From an uncultured Deinococcales bacterium (GTDB lineage Bacteria > Deinococcota > Deinococci > Deinococcales > JAAFIG01): 20,286 nucleotides of DNA. A model generated the notes under the pieces. That model searched no databases, had not been told where the DNA came from, and saw only the letters and a program-made list of their open reading frames with translations. Both the position numbers and the translations under genes were made by a program. The first letter of the stretch is position 1. Each line of letters starts with the position of its first letter. The DNA is taken from NCBI GenBank assembly GCA_964247135.1, contig CAXTTL010000071.1, positions 1 through 20,286 of the forward strand, written 5' to 3'. Shown here piece by piece: positions 9,331-18,361 of the stretch.

Positions 9331-9942
9331 GTGAAGAGCGAACAAAATTCAACTGAATCCCTCGAGCTTTGGAATCTCGAGGCGGCAACGTTTGACAAAG
9401 AACCAGATCATGGTTTGTTTGATCCAGTCACGCGTGAAGCTTGGCGTGAACTTTTGCAACAATGGCTACCAACAACCTCGTCTTTGGTGCTGGATGTTGG
9501 CTGTGGCACAGGCTCACTGAGCGTTTTGGTTGCTGAGGCAGGTCACAAGGTTGTTGGTATTGATTTTTCGCCGAACATGATTGAGCTTGCTGTCACCAAA
9601 GCAAAACAAATTGCTCAAGAAATCGCATTTCAAGTGATGGATGCTGCCCACCCTCAATTTCCAGTCCAAAGTTTTGATGTGGTGATGTGCCGGCATGTGC
9701 TCTGGACATTACCAGAGCCTGAGAAAGTGCCACAACGCTGGATGGAATTACTTCGATCTGGAGGGCGTTTAATCTTGATTGAAGGGTATTGGATGACTGG
9801 GGCTGGTCTTCGTGCCAGTCAAATCACTCAGATGTTGTCCACATCGTTGTCGAATCTGACCCTGCACAAGTTAAGCGATCAGACTGTTCTTTGGGGCAAT
9901 AACATTAATGACGAAAGATATGCGATTGTGGCAAGTCGCTGA
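9331..9942 (+). CDS. Class I SAM-dependent methyltransferase (small-molecule type)
   Basis: VLDVGCGTG, GIDFSPNM, FDVVMCRHVLW, LRSGGRLILIE. Confidence 0.92.
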   Translation: MKSEQNSTESLELWNLEAATFDKEPDHGLFDPVTREAWRELLQQWLPTTSSLVLDVGCGTGSLSVLVAEAGHKVVGIDFSPNMIELAVTKAKQIAQEIAFQVMDAAHPQFPVQSFDVVMCRHVLWTLPEPEKVPQRWMELLRSGGRLILIEGYWMTGAGLRASQITQMLSTSLSNLTLHKLSDQTVLWGNNINDERYAIVASR

Positions 9943-9967
9943 CAGCCAATTCTTAGGGAGCGAGTTG

Positions 9968-11083
9968 TTATTTTTTGGCAGCCTCGAGCGCCATCGTGAT
10001 GTTTCTCAGTCCCAACTCGAGGTCGCTTGTGGTCGCCCAGGAGTACCCAAGGCGAAAATGCTGGTCTGGTGTGGTCACACCCACACTTTGCTCGAACCAG
10101 TGCCCAGGTCCGACGAACGTGCCTGAAGCCTCGAGAATTTTGTAAAATTTGGGAATATCAATCTCGCCCGAGATTTTGGGGAAGCAGACGACACCACCGC
10201 TCGGTTCGACCCAAGTGAGGTGCTTTTGCTCGAGCATCCACGCTTTGAGGATTGTAAAATTTGTTTTGATCGTGGCGCGGGTTGACTCGAGGATGGTGTC
10301 GCGTTTGACGAATACTTGGTACGCCACTTCTTCGTCGAGCACACTGTTGCCAATCAAAATCTGTTCTTTGGCGGCTAAGAATTTTTCTTGCAATGTTTTG
10401 TCTTTTGTCATCAACCAACCCATGCGAATTCCGGGCAAGCCGTAACTTTTGGACAGGCTCGAGACGCTGATGGCGCGTTTTGAGAGGCTGGCGGCGAGCG
10501 GTGCGATACTCTCAAAATTCATGTCGCGGTAGGTTTCATCGAACAGCAAATACGCGTTGCTGGCTTGGACGATATCGATCACATTGCCAAGCGTGGCTCG
10601 GGTCATGACCATGCCCGTTGGGTTGTGCGGATTGGTCAGGCTGACCAGTTTCGTCTCAGGGGTGATCTGGCGCTCGAGTGCGTTCAGGTCAAGCTTAAAG
10701 CCATCTTCAAAGTGCAAGTCCAGATAATCGATTTGCGCTCCAATGGCTTTTGGCGTCTCGAGGTTGGTGGCATAATTTGGACGCATCACCAAGATGCGGC
10801 TGCCCGCATCTAACAAGCTGCTGTGAATGATAAATAAGGCTGCCGCCGCGCCAGGGGTCAGGAGCACGTCATCAGGCGAAAGGTTTGCCTCAGTTGCCAA
10901 AGCTTGGCGCAACTCGAGTTTGCCATGGTGATCGCCGTAAGCCAGCACCAAGTTTTCAAGATCAATCCCCAAACTTGAAAATTTGAGGTCTGTCACGGAA
11001 CTTTCGGCAAGGTTGTATTTGATGCGCCCGTAACCGAATTGTTCGGGGCTTTCGATTTCAATTGGCATTCGACGGTAATCCAT
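9968..11083 (-). CDS. PLP-dependent aminotransferase, class I/II
   Basis: NPHNPTG, FDETY, SLSKSYGLPGIRMGW (PLP-binding lysine), FRLGY. Confidence 0.93.
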   Translation of the reverse strand: MDYRRMPIEIESPEQFGYGRIKYNLAESSVTDLKFSSLGIDLENLVLAYGDHHGKLELRQALATEANLSPDDVLLTPGAAAALFIIHSSLLDAGSRILVMRPNYATNLETPKAIGAQIDYLDLHFEDGFKLDLNALERQITPETKLVSLTNPHNPTGMVMTRATLGNVIDIVQASNAYLLFDETYRDMNFESIAPLAASLSKRAISVSSLSKSYGLPGIRMGWLMTKDKTLQEKFLAAKEQILIGNSVLDEEVAYQVFVKRDTILESTRATIKTNFTILKAWMLEQKHLTWVEPSGGVVCFPKISGEIDIPKFYKILEASGTFVGPGHWFEQSVGVTTPDQHFRLGYSWATTSDLELGLRNITMALEAAKK

Positions 11084-11205
11084 GCGTCATGATACGTGAT
11101 GCTCGAGTCAAACCTCAGCTTGGTTTTCAAGAATGTGAACGCGGGAGGGTGTCTCTCACCGAAGCTTTGGTAGGCTCGAGGTGGTTTTCAAAAAGGAGGC
11201 AGTTT

Positions 11206-11697
11206 ATGAAGACATTTGGTTTGAAAAAATGGTTGATTGTGCTGGTGGCGTTTTTTGGTTTGGCTGGGGTGGGTTCGGCGCAAAAAATCGATTTGGGTTT
11301 TCATTTTGGCACCAACCCGTATTTTTCGGCATTCGGTGGCAATTTGGACTTGGCGTTCTCGAACACTTTAAGTTTGAGGTTTGATCTGGACTTGGCGCTT
11401 GGAACGGGTGGAGGCGGCAATGTTGCTGTTGGTTTTGGAATCGATGCCGACCTGCTTTTTAGCTTTCCATTGTCTCCAACTGGTTCGGAGTTGTATATCG
11501 GACCTGGAGTATTTCTGGGCGTGGTCGGGGGAAATGCAACATTTGGCTTGGGTGCATTGTTGGGTGTTGAAATTCAACTTGCGCCAAAAGTGGGATATTT
11601 TGTCGAAACCAGTCCTTTACTCATTAAATTTACCAATCCGGTCGATTTTGGTTTCGGTTCATTGATGGTGAGAACCGGTCTCAAATTCCGTCTGTAA
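11206..11697 (+). CDS. Secreted probable small outer-membrane beta-barrel protein (163 aa)
   Basis: AAGGAGG SD before the ATG at 11206; signal peptide ending GSA|QK; Gly/aromatic alternating strands; C-terminal VRTGLKFRL strand. Confidence 0.75.
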   Translation: MKTFGLKKWLIVLVAFFGLAGVGSAQKIDLGFHFGTNPYFSAFGGNLDLAFSNTLSLRFDLDLALGTGGGGNVAVGFGIDADLLFSFPLSPTGSELYIGPGVFLGVVGGNATFGLGALLGVEIQLAPKVGYFVETSPLLIKFTNPVDFGFGSLMVRTGLKFRL

Positions 11698-11716
11698 AAA
11701 AATCTTGACAAGACAG

Positions 11717-11750
11717 AAATCTCGAGAGGATCGTGCTTCTCGAGATTTTC
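11717..11750 (+). terminator. Hairpin, probable intrinsic terminator, whose two arms are CTCGAG copies
   Basis: AAATCTCGAGAGG-atcgtg-CTTCTCGAGATTT(T) about 20 nt after the stop at 11697. Confidence 0.6.
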
Positions 11751-11761
11751 CTGTTCAGGGT

Positions 11762-11797
11762 TTGCGTTTTGCCCGAATTCTTTTATACTAAGTTCAA
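11762..11797 (+). promoter_or_regulatory. Sigma70-type promoter of fadD with an overlapping pseudo-palindromic operator (FadR/TetR-like)
   Basis: TTGCGT-16 nt-TATACT; TTATACTAAGTTCAA (11783-11797) overlaps the -10 box. Confidence 0.55.
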
Positions 11798-11851
11798 CTT
11801 TTAACTTGATAGATCATTCGCACTCGAGCAACGCTTTAAGGACGTGGATTC

Positions 11852-13582
11852 ATGACCGAAAAACCCTGGCTTCAACATTATGACCAACACGTTTCACACG
11901 AGCTTCACTACCCCGAAGCCGCCATTACAGGTTTGCTCGAGGGGGCAGCCAAACGCCAGCCAAACCGCATGGCGCTCGAGTTTCTGGGCTTCACCATGAA
12001 TTACGCTCAACTCTGGACGGCGGCGCAAAAATTTGCCACGGCATTGCAACAGCTCGGCGTCAAAAAGGGTGATCGGGTGGCGGTCATGCTGCCCAACAGT
12101 CCACAATTTGTGATCTCGTTTTACGGCGCAACCCTGGCGGGGGCGGTGGTCGTCAACACCAGTCCGTTGTACGTGGCTCGTGAACTCGAGCATCAACTCA
12201 AAGATTCCGGCGCGGAAACCCTGATTTTGCTCAGTAACTTTTTTCCGCGCTACCGTGAAATTGCTGCGAACGTGCCCGTCAAGCGCGTGATCGTCACGGG
12301 CATCGAAGATTATTTGCCGTTTCCCAAAAATGTTCTGTACCCGATCAAAGCCAGACGCGAAAAAACCTGGGTCAGCGTCAAACCAGAGCAACACATTTTT
12401 TTCTTCAAGCACCTGCTCGAGAAATACCCAGCCCAGCCCGAAAATGCTCGAGTCACCGCCGATGATCTGGCGTTGTTGCAGTACACGGGCGGCACGACCG
12501 GAACGCCCAAAGGGGCAATGCTAACGCACCGAAATTTAATGGCGAACGTCTTTCAAGCCGCCGCCTGGACGGCATACGCCAAAGACGGGCAGGAGGTGGT
12601 GCTCGGCGTGATTCCGTTCTTTCACGTTTACGGCATGACCGTTGCCATGAACCTGGCAGTCAAATACGCCGCCAGCATTGTGCTGCTGCCGCGTTTTAAC
12701 ACCAAAGACGTTTTGGAGGCAATTCAAAAACACCGTCCGACCATGTTCCCAGGTGTGCCAACCATGTACATTGCGATCAACAATGACAAAGACGTGGCAA
12801 AATACGACCTCTCGAGCATCAAAGCCTGCATTTCTGGGGCGGCGCCCTTGCCGCTCGAGGTGGCGCACGCGTTTGAGGGTTTAACGGGAGGACATCTGGT
12901 CGAGGGTTACGGCTTGACCGAAGCCAGCCCGTGCACGCACAACAACCCAATCTTCGGCGAAAAACGCGAGGGCAGCATTGGAATGCCGATGCCTGGCATG
13001 GATTGTCGCATCGTCAACGAACTCGGGCAGAGCCTTGGGGTCGGCGAAATCGGCGAGCTGGCGGTGAGCGGTCCAAACGTCATGCAAGGCTACTGGCAGC
13101 GCCCCGAGGAAACCGCCAAGTGCATCCGCGACAGCTTGGACGACGGTCAAACCCCAGGGCGTTGGTTGCTGACCGGCGACATGGTGCGCATGGATGCGGA
13201 CGGCTACTTTTACATCGTGGACCGCAAAAAAGACATGATCGCCGCCAGCGGCTACAACGTTTACCCCAGGGAGGTCGAAGAAGTTCTGTACCAACACCCA
13301 AAAGTCAAAGAAGCCGTGGTGGTCGGCGTGCCAGACCCGTACCGAGGCGAAACGGTCAAAGCCTACGTGGTGTTAAAAGACGACCAAACCGCCAGCGAAG
13401 CCGAAATTCTCGAGTTTTGCAAACTCAAACTCGCGCCTTATAAAACCCCAAAGTTGCTCGAGTTTAGGGACGAATTGCCCAAAACCTTGGTCGGTAAAAT
13501 ATTGCGTCGGGCACTTCTGGAAGAAGAAAAAGCCAAAACCAAAGCACCCGCCGAGGCAAATGTTGTAGAACATCATGGTTAA
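11852..13582 (+). CDS. fadD: Long-chain fatty acid--CoA ligase
   Basis: QYTGGTTGTPKGAMLTH, PFFHVYG, EGYGLTEASP, TGD, DRKKDMI, ELPKTLVGKILRR. Confidence 0.95.
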   Translation: MTEKPWLQHYDQHVSHELHYPEAAITGLLEGAAKRQPNRMALEFLGFTMNYAQLWTAAQKFATALQQLGVKKGDRVAVMLPNSPQFVISFYGATLAGAVVVNTSPLYVARELEHQLKDSGAETLILLSNFFPRYREIAANVPVKRVIVTGIEDYLPFPKNVLYPIKARREKTWVSVKPEQHIFFFKHLLEKYPAQPENARVTADDLALLQYTGGTTGTPKGAMLTHRNLMANVFQAAAWTAYAKDGQEVVLGVIPFFHVYGMTVAMNLAVKYAASIVLLPRFNTKDVLEAIQKHRPTMFPGVPTMYIAINNDKDVAKYDLSSIKACISGAAPLPLEVAHAFEGLTGGHLVEGYGLTEASPCTHNNPIFGEKREGSIGMPMPGMDCRIVNELGQSLGVGEIGELAVSGPNVMQGYWQRPEETAKCIRDSLDDGQTPGRWLLTGDMVRMDADGYFYIVDRKKDMIAASGYNVYPREVEEVLYQHPKVKEAVVVGVPDPYRGETVKAYVVLKDDQTASEAEILEFCKLKLAPYKTPKLLEFRDELPKTLVGKILRRALLEEEKAKTKAPAEANVVEHHG

Positions 13583-13603
13583 AAAGACTCAACTCGAGCT
13601 AGA

Positions 13604-14029
13604 ATGACAGTCCTGATGAGCAAAGCCGCGCCAGCCAAGATTTTGGTCGTCGATGACGACGCGTCAACTCGGACCTTGCTTGAGTTGATTCTCAGCTCCG
13701 GCGGTCACGAAATAACGCTTTTAAACGACGGGCGCGAGGCGCTGGCGTACTTGAAAACCAACACGCCAGAATTGATTGTGATTGACGTCAACATGCCAGT
13801 TTTGGACGGCATTGAAGTGTGCTCGAGGATCAAAAAACTGCCGCGTTTTAAGCGCATTCCGGTCATTGTCCTGACCTCAATGAACGACGCTGAAACCCGT
13901 ACTCGAGCGACCACCGCCCACGCCAGCGAGATTGTTTATAAGCCTTTAACGGGCAAAAATTTCTTGCAAACTGTTCAAAATTTTCTGAACGCGCCTCCAG
14001 CCGAAAATGACGGCTTAAATAAGTGGTAA
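13604..14029 (+). CDS. Single-domain response regulator (receiver only); alternative start at 13616
   Basis: ILVVDDD, IDVNMPVLDG (phospho-Asp), IPVIVLTS, YKP. Confidence 0.92.
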   Translation: MTVLMSKAAPAKILVVDDDASTRTLLELILSSGGHEITLLNDGREALAYLKTNTPELIVIDVNMPVLDGIEVCSRIKKLPRFKRIPVIVLTSMNDAETRTRATTAHASEIVYKPLTGKNFLQTVQNFLNAPPAENDGLNKW

Positions 14030-14155
14030 ACACCATCAAAACCCGAGTTTATTGTTGTCATCAAAGGCTTGCCGAGTCATTTATGTGCACAATTCCATGA
14101 GAGGCACACTCACACGCAAAGCCCTTCAAAGCCCTAAACTGCGCTCGAGGTTTAC

Positions 14156-16507
14156 ATGAACACCGTCTTACGAATTTTAAAAATCCTTGTCGCCCTGGTC
14201 ATGGTCGCCGTGATTTCGGGCGCAGCCATCGGCGCAACATTTTTGCTGCGCTGGGGACGGAACCTGCCCGACATCAGACAACTGGATCAGTTAAGGCTTG
14301 AAGGCACGACCAAAGTTTACGCTCGAGATGGTACGGCGATGGGTGTGCTCGCGCCAACCGTCAACGGTGAACGGCTCGACCGCAGCCCAGTCAAACTCGA
14401 TGAAGTCTCGCCGCTGGCGGTGGCTGCCGTGATCGCCGCCGAGGACGCCGAATTTTTTAAGCACTTTGGTTTTAATCCCGTGCGCGTCGGCGCGAGTTTG
14501 TACCAAACTTTTTTTAAGGGCAACCAACAGGGCGGTTCGACGATCACCCAACAACTGATGCGCAACACGCTTTTAAGCCAAGAACAAACCGCCGAACGTA
14601 AAATCAAAGAATTGATGCTGTCCGTCGAGTCTGAGCGCTATTTTACCAAAGCCGAAATTTTAACCGCGTATTTAAACGTTGCCTTCTGGGGCGGCAACAT
14701 TCGCGGCATTCGCGCCGCCGCCAAATCGTATTTGGGCAAAGACCCCATCAATTTAACGATTGAGGACGGCTTGTACCTCTCGAGTTTGATTCCTTCCCCG
14801 AACGTTTTCTTTCAAAATCTCTGCCGCACCCGCGAGGGCATGAAAATTAGGTTAAAACGCATGATCGACGAAAAATGGATCACCAAACGCGAAGGTGACG
14901 CCGCTTGGCGCGTCAAACTGGTGCCCAAAGGCTGGAGCAACGTGCATTACGATAAAGACGGCAAACTGCTGGGCTGCTCGAGCGAAACCGATCCAAACCA
15001 TCCCAAATTGGTTGATCCCAAAGTCAATATTGTTCAAGAAATCCGCACATCTTTAGCGCCGTATTTCATGTACGAAATTCGCAAGATTTTAAACTCGCCA
15101 AAATACAACGACAAAGCCTTCTCCGGCGGTGGTTTGCGGGTTTACACCACGCTTGACCCCAAAGCCCAACGCGCCGCCGAACAAGCCGTGGTGAACGCCA
15201 AGCGACCTTACGGGCAAAGTGAAGCTGAAATCGCCACCGTCGGCATTAACCCCTACACCGGCGAAATTCTGGCGATGGTCGGTGGGCGTGACCAATCCGG
15301 CGCAGACCAATACAACCGCACCAACAGCTCGCAGTTCAACCGCAGTCCAGGCTCGAGCATCAAACCGCTCTTGTACACCTTGGCTATCGAAAAAAATTAT
15401 GAACAATGGAGTACCTTCTCGAACAAACCAATCTACATGTACGTTTCTGGCAATCCAGCCCAGCCTGGCTGCCAAAGAAATTATTACTGTCCCAAAAACT
15501 TTGACAACAGCATCTCTGACCCGCTTGTGCCTTTAAGAAAATCGCTCGACTGGTCACTCAATTTACCCACCATCAACTTGGCTCGAGCGGTGGGTTACGA
15601 TGCCTTTCGTGACAAGCTCCGATTGCTTGGTTTTGACGTTCCAGATCAACTCCCGATCTCGAGTCCCATCGGTGGGATTGAAGTCACGCCGCTTCAAATG
15701 GCAACCGCTTACGCCAGTTTGGTCAACGGTGGTTTCTGGATCGAACCCTCGTACATTCGGCGCATTGAAGACAGCGAAGGTCGGGTCTTGTACCCTGCCA
15801 GCGACGAAGACAAACCCTTGCAACGTCGCGTTTGGACGCCCCAAGCCGCATTCGTTGGTTTGGACATGATCAAAGGCGTTGTGTACGACCCGCCGGGTTT
15901 AAGCGAACAGCTTTCCAAAGACGCCAAAATTTCTGGACGCACCATTGCCGGCAAAACAGGCACCACCAACGACGTCAAAGACATGTGGTTTGTCGGCAGT
16001 ACCCCGACCATGACCGCCGCCGTCTGGATGGGACACGACAAACCCAAAAACATGGGCTACCGAACCTATTCGGGCGAATGGATGCCAATCATTTGGAAGC
16101 ACTTTATTGAGAATGCCCTGGCAGGAACACCTCCAGGTGCGTTCAGACAACCAAAATACATTGGCTACCGCAACATGATGGGGGTCAACATGGCATACGC
16201 CTACAGGCAAGAAAGCTTAAAACTGAGCACCCCAGCCCCAGCCGCGCCGCAAATCGAAGCCGACACCGTCACCCACCGCCCAGAAGTTTCACAATTACCC
16301 ACCAGCAATGAAGCTCGAGTGACCATTGCGCTCGACAACTGCAAACGCAACGTGGCTCAAGTTCCACCTCGAGCCGACGAGTTCACGACCACGAGTTGCC
16401 TTGTCATGCGCAGCGTGCTGGTCAAAGACCTCGAGTTGTACGACCCGAATTATCAAGCGCCAGTGCTCGCCCCAGATGGGACGACAACGACACCCAGTAA
16501 TCCGTAG
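14156..16507 (+). CDS. Class A penicillin-binding protein (transglycosylase/transpeptidase, PBP1A family)
   Basis: N-terminal TM helix; AED..F..H.G, GGSTITQQL, RK.KE glycosyltransferase motifs; SSIK, SLN, KTGT transpeptidase motifs. Confidence 0.96.
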   Translation: MNTVLRILKILVALVMVAVISGAAIGATFLLRWGRNLPDIRQLDQLRLEGTTKVYARDGTAMGVLAPTVNGERLDRSPVKLDEVSPLAVAAVIAAEDAEFFKHFGFNPVRVGASLYQTFFKGNQQGGSTITQQLMRNTLLSQEQTAERKIKELMLSVESERYFTKAEILTAYLNVAFWGGNIRGIRAAAKSYLGKDPINLTIEDGLYLSSLIPSPNVFFQNLCRTREGMKIRLKRMIDEKWITKREGDAAWRVKLVPKGWSNVHYDKDGKLLGCSSETDPNHPKLVDPKVNIVQEIRTSLAPYFMYEIRKILNSPKYNDKAFSGGGLRVYTTLDPKAQRAAEQAVVNAKRPYGQSEAEIATVGINPYTGEILAMVGGRDQSGADQYNRTNSSQFNRSPGSSIKPLLYTLAIEKNYEQWSTFSNKPIYMYVSGNPAQPGCQRNYYCPKNFDNSISDPLVPLRKSLDWSLNLPTINLARAVGYDAFRDKLRLLGFDVPDQLPISSPIGGIEVTPLQMATAYASLVNGGFWIEPSYIRRIEDSEGRVLYPASDEDKPLQRRVWTPQAAFVGLDMIKGVVYDPPGLSEQLSKDAKISGRTIAGKTGTTNDVKDMWFVGSTPTMTAAVWMGHDKPKNMGYRTYSGEWMPIIWKHFIENALAGTPPGAFRQPKYIGYRNMMGVNMAYAYRQESLKLSTPAPAAPQIEADTVTHRPEVSQLPTSNEARVTIALDNCKRNVAQVPPRADEFTTTSCLVMRSVLVKDLELYDPNYQAPVLAPDGTTTTPSNP

Positions 16508-16532
16508 CGGCACATACATAAGGCAGGGCGCA

Positions 16533-16557
16533 GTAGGGGCGCTGCTTGCTGCGCCCT
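16533..16557 (+). repeat. GTAG-type REP-like palindrome
   Basis: GTAG followed by GGGCGC-tgcttgct-GCGCCC; intergenic. Confidence 0.6.
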
Positions 16558-16571
16558 CTCGAGAGGTCAAA

Positions 16572-16979
16572 ATGCGTTTTTTTGTGATTTGTCTAATCGT
16601 TTTGTTCGGCGTTGCGTTCGCCATCGTGCCACTTGGTGCAGCCGTCGCGCCAGAAGTCCGTCAAGGTTTGACGGGCGCGTACTTTATTGCGTTCGTCAGC
16701 CCAAGCTGCCTGACCGAACAAACCAGGGCGCAACATTGGGGTGCGCTCGAGGGCACAAACGTGCTGCGGGTCGATGCGAAAGCCGTGGCTCAACCCGCCC
16801 TGCTCGAGCGTTGGCGGTTTTTGAAAGGTGAGGCTGCCACGAATCTCACCCGAGATTTGAAAGTCAGAACCCTGCCAACCACCGTCATGGTGGACCGCGA
16901 AAACCGTATTCGAGCCGTGTTTGAGGGGGTACTCGAGAAAAAATGGGTGCTCGAGAAATTGCAAGATTACGGACAATAG
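16572..16979 (+). CDS. Secreted thioredoxin-fold (TlpA/ResA-like) protein lacking a CxxC motif, 135 aa
   Basis: GAGG SD, signal peptide ending AFA, FVSPSC, and LPTTVMVDRENRIRAVFEG resembling the TlpA cis-Pro segment. Confidence 0.7.
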   Translation: MRFFVICLIVLFGVAFAIVPLGAAVAPEVRQGLTGAYFIAFVSPSCLTEQTRAQHWGALEGTNVLRVDAKAVAQPALLERWRFLKGEAATNLTRDLKVRTLPTTVMVDRENRIRAVFEGVLEKKWVLEKLQDYGQ

Positions 16980-18212
16980 TCACTCGGGCCATTCGCCGAG
17001 AAGTTCACGGTCCACGTGGTATCCAGCCGACTCGAGATGCGCAATCACCTCGCGCCCGTGCGCCTCATCGCGCACCTCGAGCACCAGTTCGACGCCAACT
17101 TTGCCAAGCGGCGCGAGCCACAAGGCGCGACGGTGAAAAATATCGATGATGTTGGCTTTCACCAGCGCCAGATGATCGACCAGTTGCGCCAGAATGCCAG
17201 GGCGGTCAATCACCGCCAGCTTTAAGAGCATGTACCGTCCTTGACGCACCATGACCTGTTCGATCACCCTCGAGAGCAGGTTGCCGTCGATGTTGCCGCC
17301 GCAAAGAAGCGCACAGACCGTATCGTTCGGCTCGAGTTTGATTTTACCCGCGATCAATGCCGCCAGTCCCGCCGCGCCAGCGCCCTCGACCACCAGTTTT
17401 GCGCGTTGCGAACAATGCACGATTGCCCGCGCAATCTCGTCGTCGCTGACCTCGAGCACCTCATCGACCAGCGCTCGAATGATCGGCAGGGTTAACTCGC
17501 CAGGGCGTTTGACCGCGATCCCATCGGCGATGGTTTGCGCCGCCGCCACCGCCACGGGCGCTCCAGCCGCCAAGGAAGGCTTGACCGCCGCACAACCCGC
17601 TGCCTGAACCCCAACGATGCGCACACTGGGTTTTAAAGTCTTGACTGCCGTCGCAATGCCAGCGATCAAGCCACCGCCGCCAATCGGCACGATCAGCACT
17701 GAAACTTCGGGCAGTGCCTCGAGAACCTCCAAACCAATCGTGCCCTGCCCCGCCATGACTTTTTCGTCATTGAAGGCGTGAACGAAAGTCAACCCGCGCT
17801 GGGTCGCCAAGGCTCGAGCGTGCGCCGCCGCATCGTCAAAGGTTGTCCCCTCGAGAATCACCGTCGCGCCGTAACCACGGGTCGCCTCGACTTTGGTCAG
17901 CGGCGCGAAACTCGGCATGACAATCGTACACGTCACGCCGTGGACACTTGCCGCCAGTGCCACACCCTGCGCGTGGTTGCCCGCCGAAGGCGCAATCACC
18001 CCTCGAGCCTTTTCTTCAGCCGTCAAACTCGAGATTTTATTGAACGCCCCACGAATTTTAAACGACCCAGACCGTTGCAAACACTCCGCCTTCAAAAACA
18101 CTGGCACGCCAAAATCTTTGGACAAGGTTTCATCGTGCAGCATTGGCGTCAGCGTGATCACATCGCGCACCGTTTCTCGAGCGGCACGAACATCGGAGAG
18201 GGTTATGGTCAT
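16980..18212 (-). CDS. ilvA: Threonine ammonia-lyase (short form with one C-terminal ACT domain)
   Basis: KAECLQRSGSFKIRGA, SAGNHAQG, PIGGGGLIAG, GGNID, DRPG ACT domain. Confidence 0.93.
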   Translation of the reverse strand: MTITLSDVRAARETVRDVITLTPMLHDETLSKDFGVPVFLKAECLQRSGSFKIRGAFNKISSLTAEEKARGVIAPSAGNHAQGVALAASVHGVTCTIVMPSFAPLTKVEATRGYGATVILEGTTFDDAAAHARALATQRGLTFVHAFNDEKVMAGQGTIGLEVLEALPEVSVLIVPIGGGGLIAGIATAVKTLKPSVRIVGVQAAGCAAVKPSLAAGAPVAVAAAQTIADGIAVKRPGELTLPIIRALVDEVLEVSDDEIARAIVHCSQRAKLVVEGAGAAGLAALIAGKIKLEPNDTVCALLCGGNIDGNLLSRVIEQVMVRQGRYMLLKLAVIDRPGILAQLVDHLALVKANIIDIFHRRALWLAPLGKVGVELVLEVRDEAHGREVIAHLESAGYHVDRELLGEWPE

Positions 18213-18283
18213 TTGGATGTAGTGTACTTGAAGATTTCATACCTCGAGCGCATTGTTTTTGCGCGGAGACAATTGCTCTTTCT

Positions 18284-18322
18284 CCTCTCATCCCCAGCCC
18301 TTCTCTCCCAGGAGAGAAGGGC
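18284..18322. repeat. Intergenic purine/pyrimidine palindromic element
   Basis: CCTCTCATCCCCA followed by the perfect 12-bp inverted repeat GCCCTTCTCTCC-ca-GGAGAGAAGGGC. Confidence 0.6.
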
Positions 18323-18361
18323 GCTTTGTTTATTTCTCGAGGGACGAAATTTCGTGTTTTG

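Noticed and set aside
9331-9942. SAM methyltransferase as the CTCGAG DNA methylase
   Set aside because: It is only 203 aa and has no DPPY/NPPY/SPPY or PC catalytic motif; it looks like a small-molecule methyltransferase.
11062-11205. N-terminal extension of the 211-aa ORF
   Set aside because: The AAGGAGG SD and signal peptide indicate ATG 11206.
8522-13408. CTCGAG-free gaps of 540-630 bp in yhhQ, the methyltransferase, the OMP gene and fadD as evidence of transfer
   Set aside because: A few gaps of this size are expected by chance at a mean spacing of ~150 bp.
14156-16507. TTAA appears somewhat frequent, suggesting a second enriched motif
   Set aside because: Only about two-fold by rough count, and explainable by TTT/TTA/AAA codon usage; it needs a proper statistical test.
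16326-16571. N-terminal extension of the 217-aa ORF overlapping the PBP
   Set aside because: The SD and signal peptide place the real start at ATG 16572.
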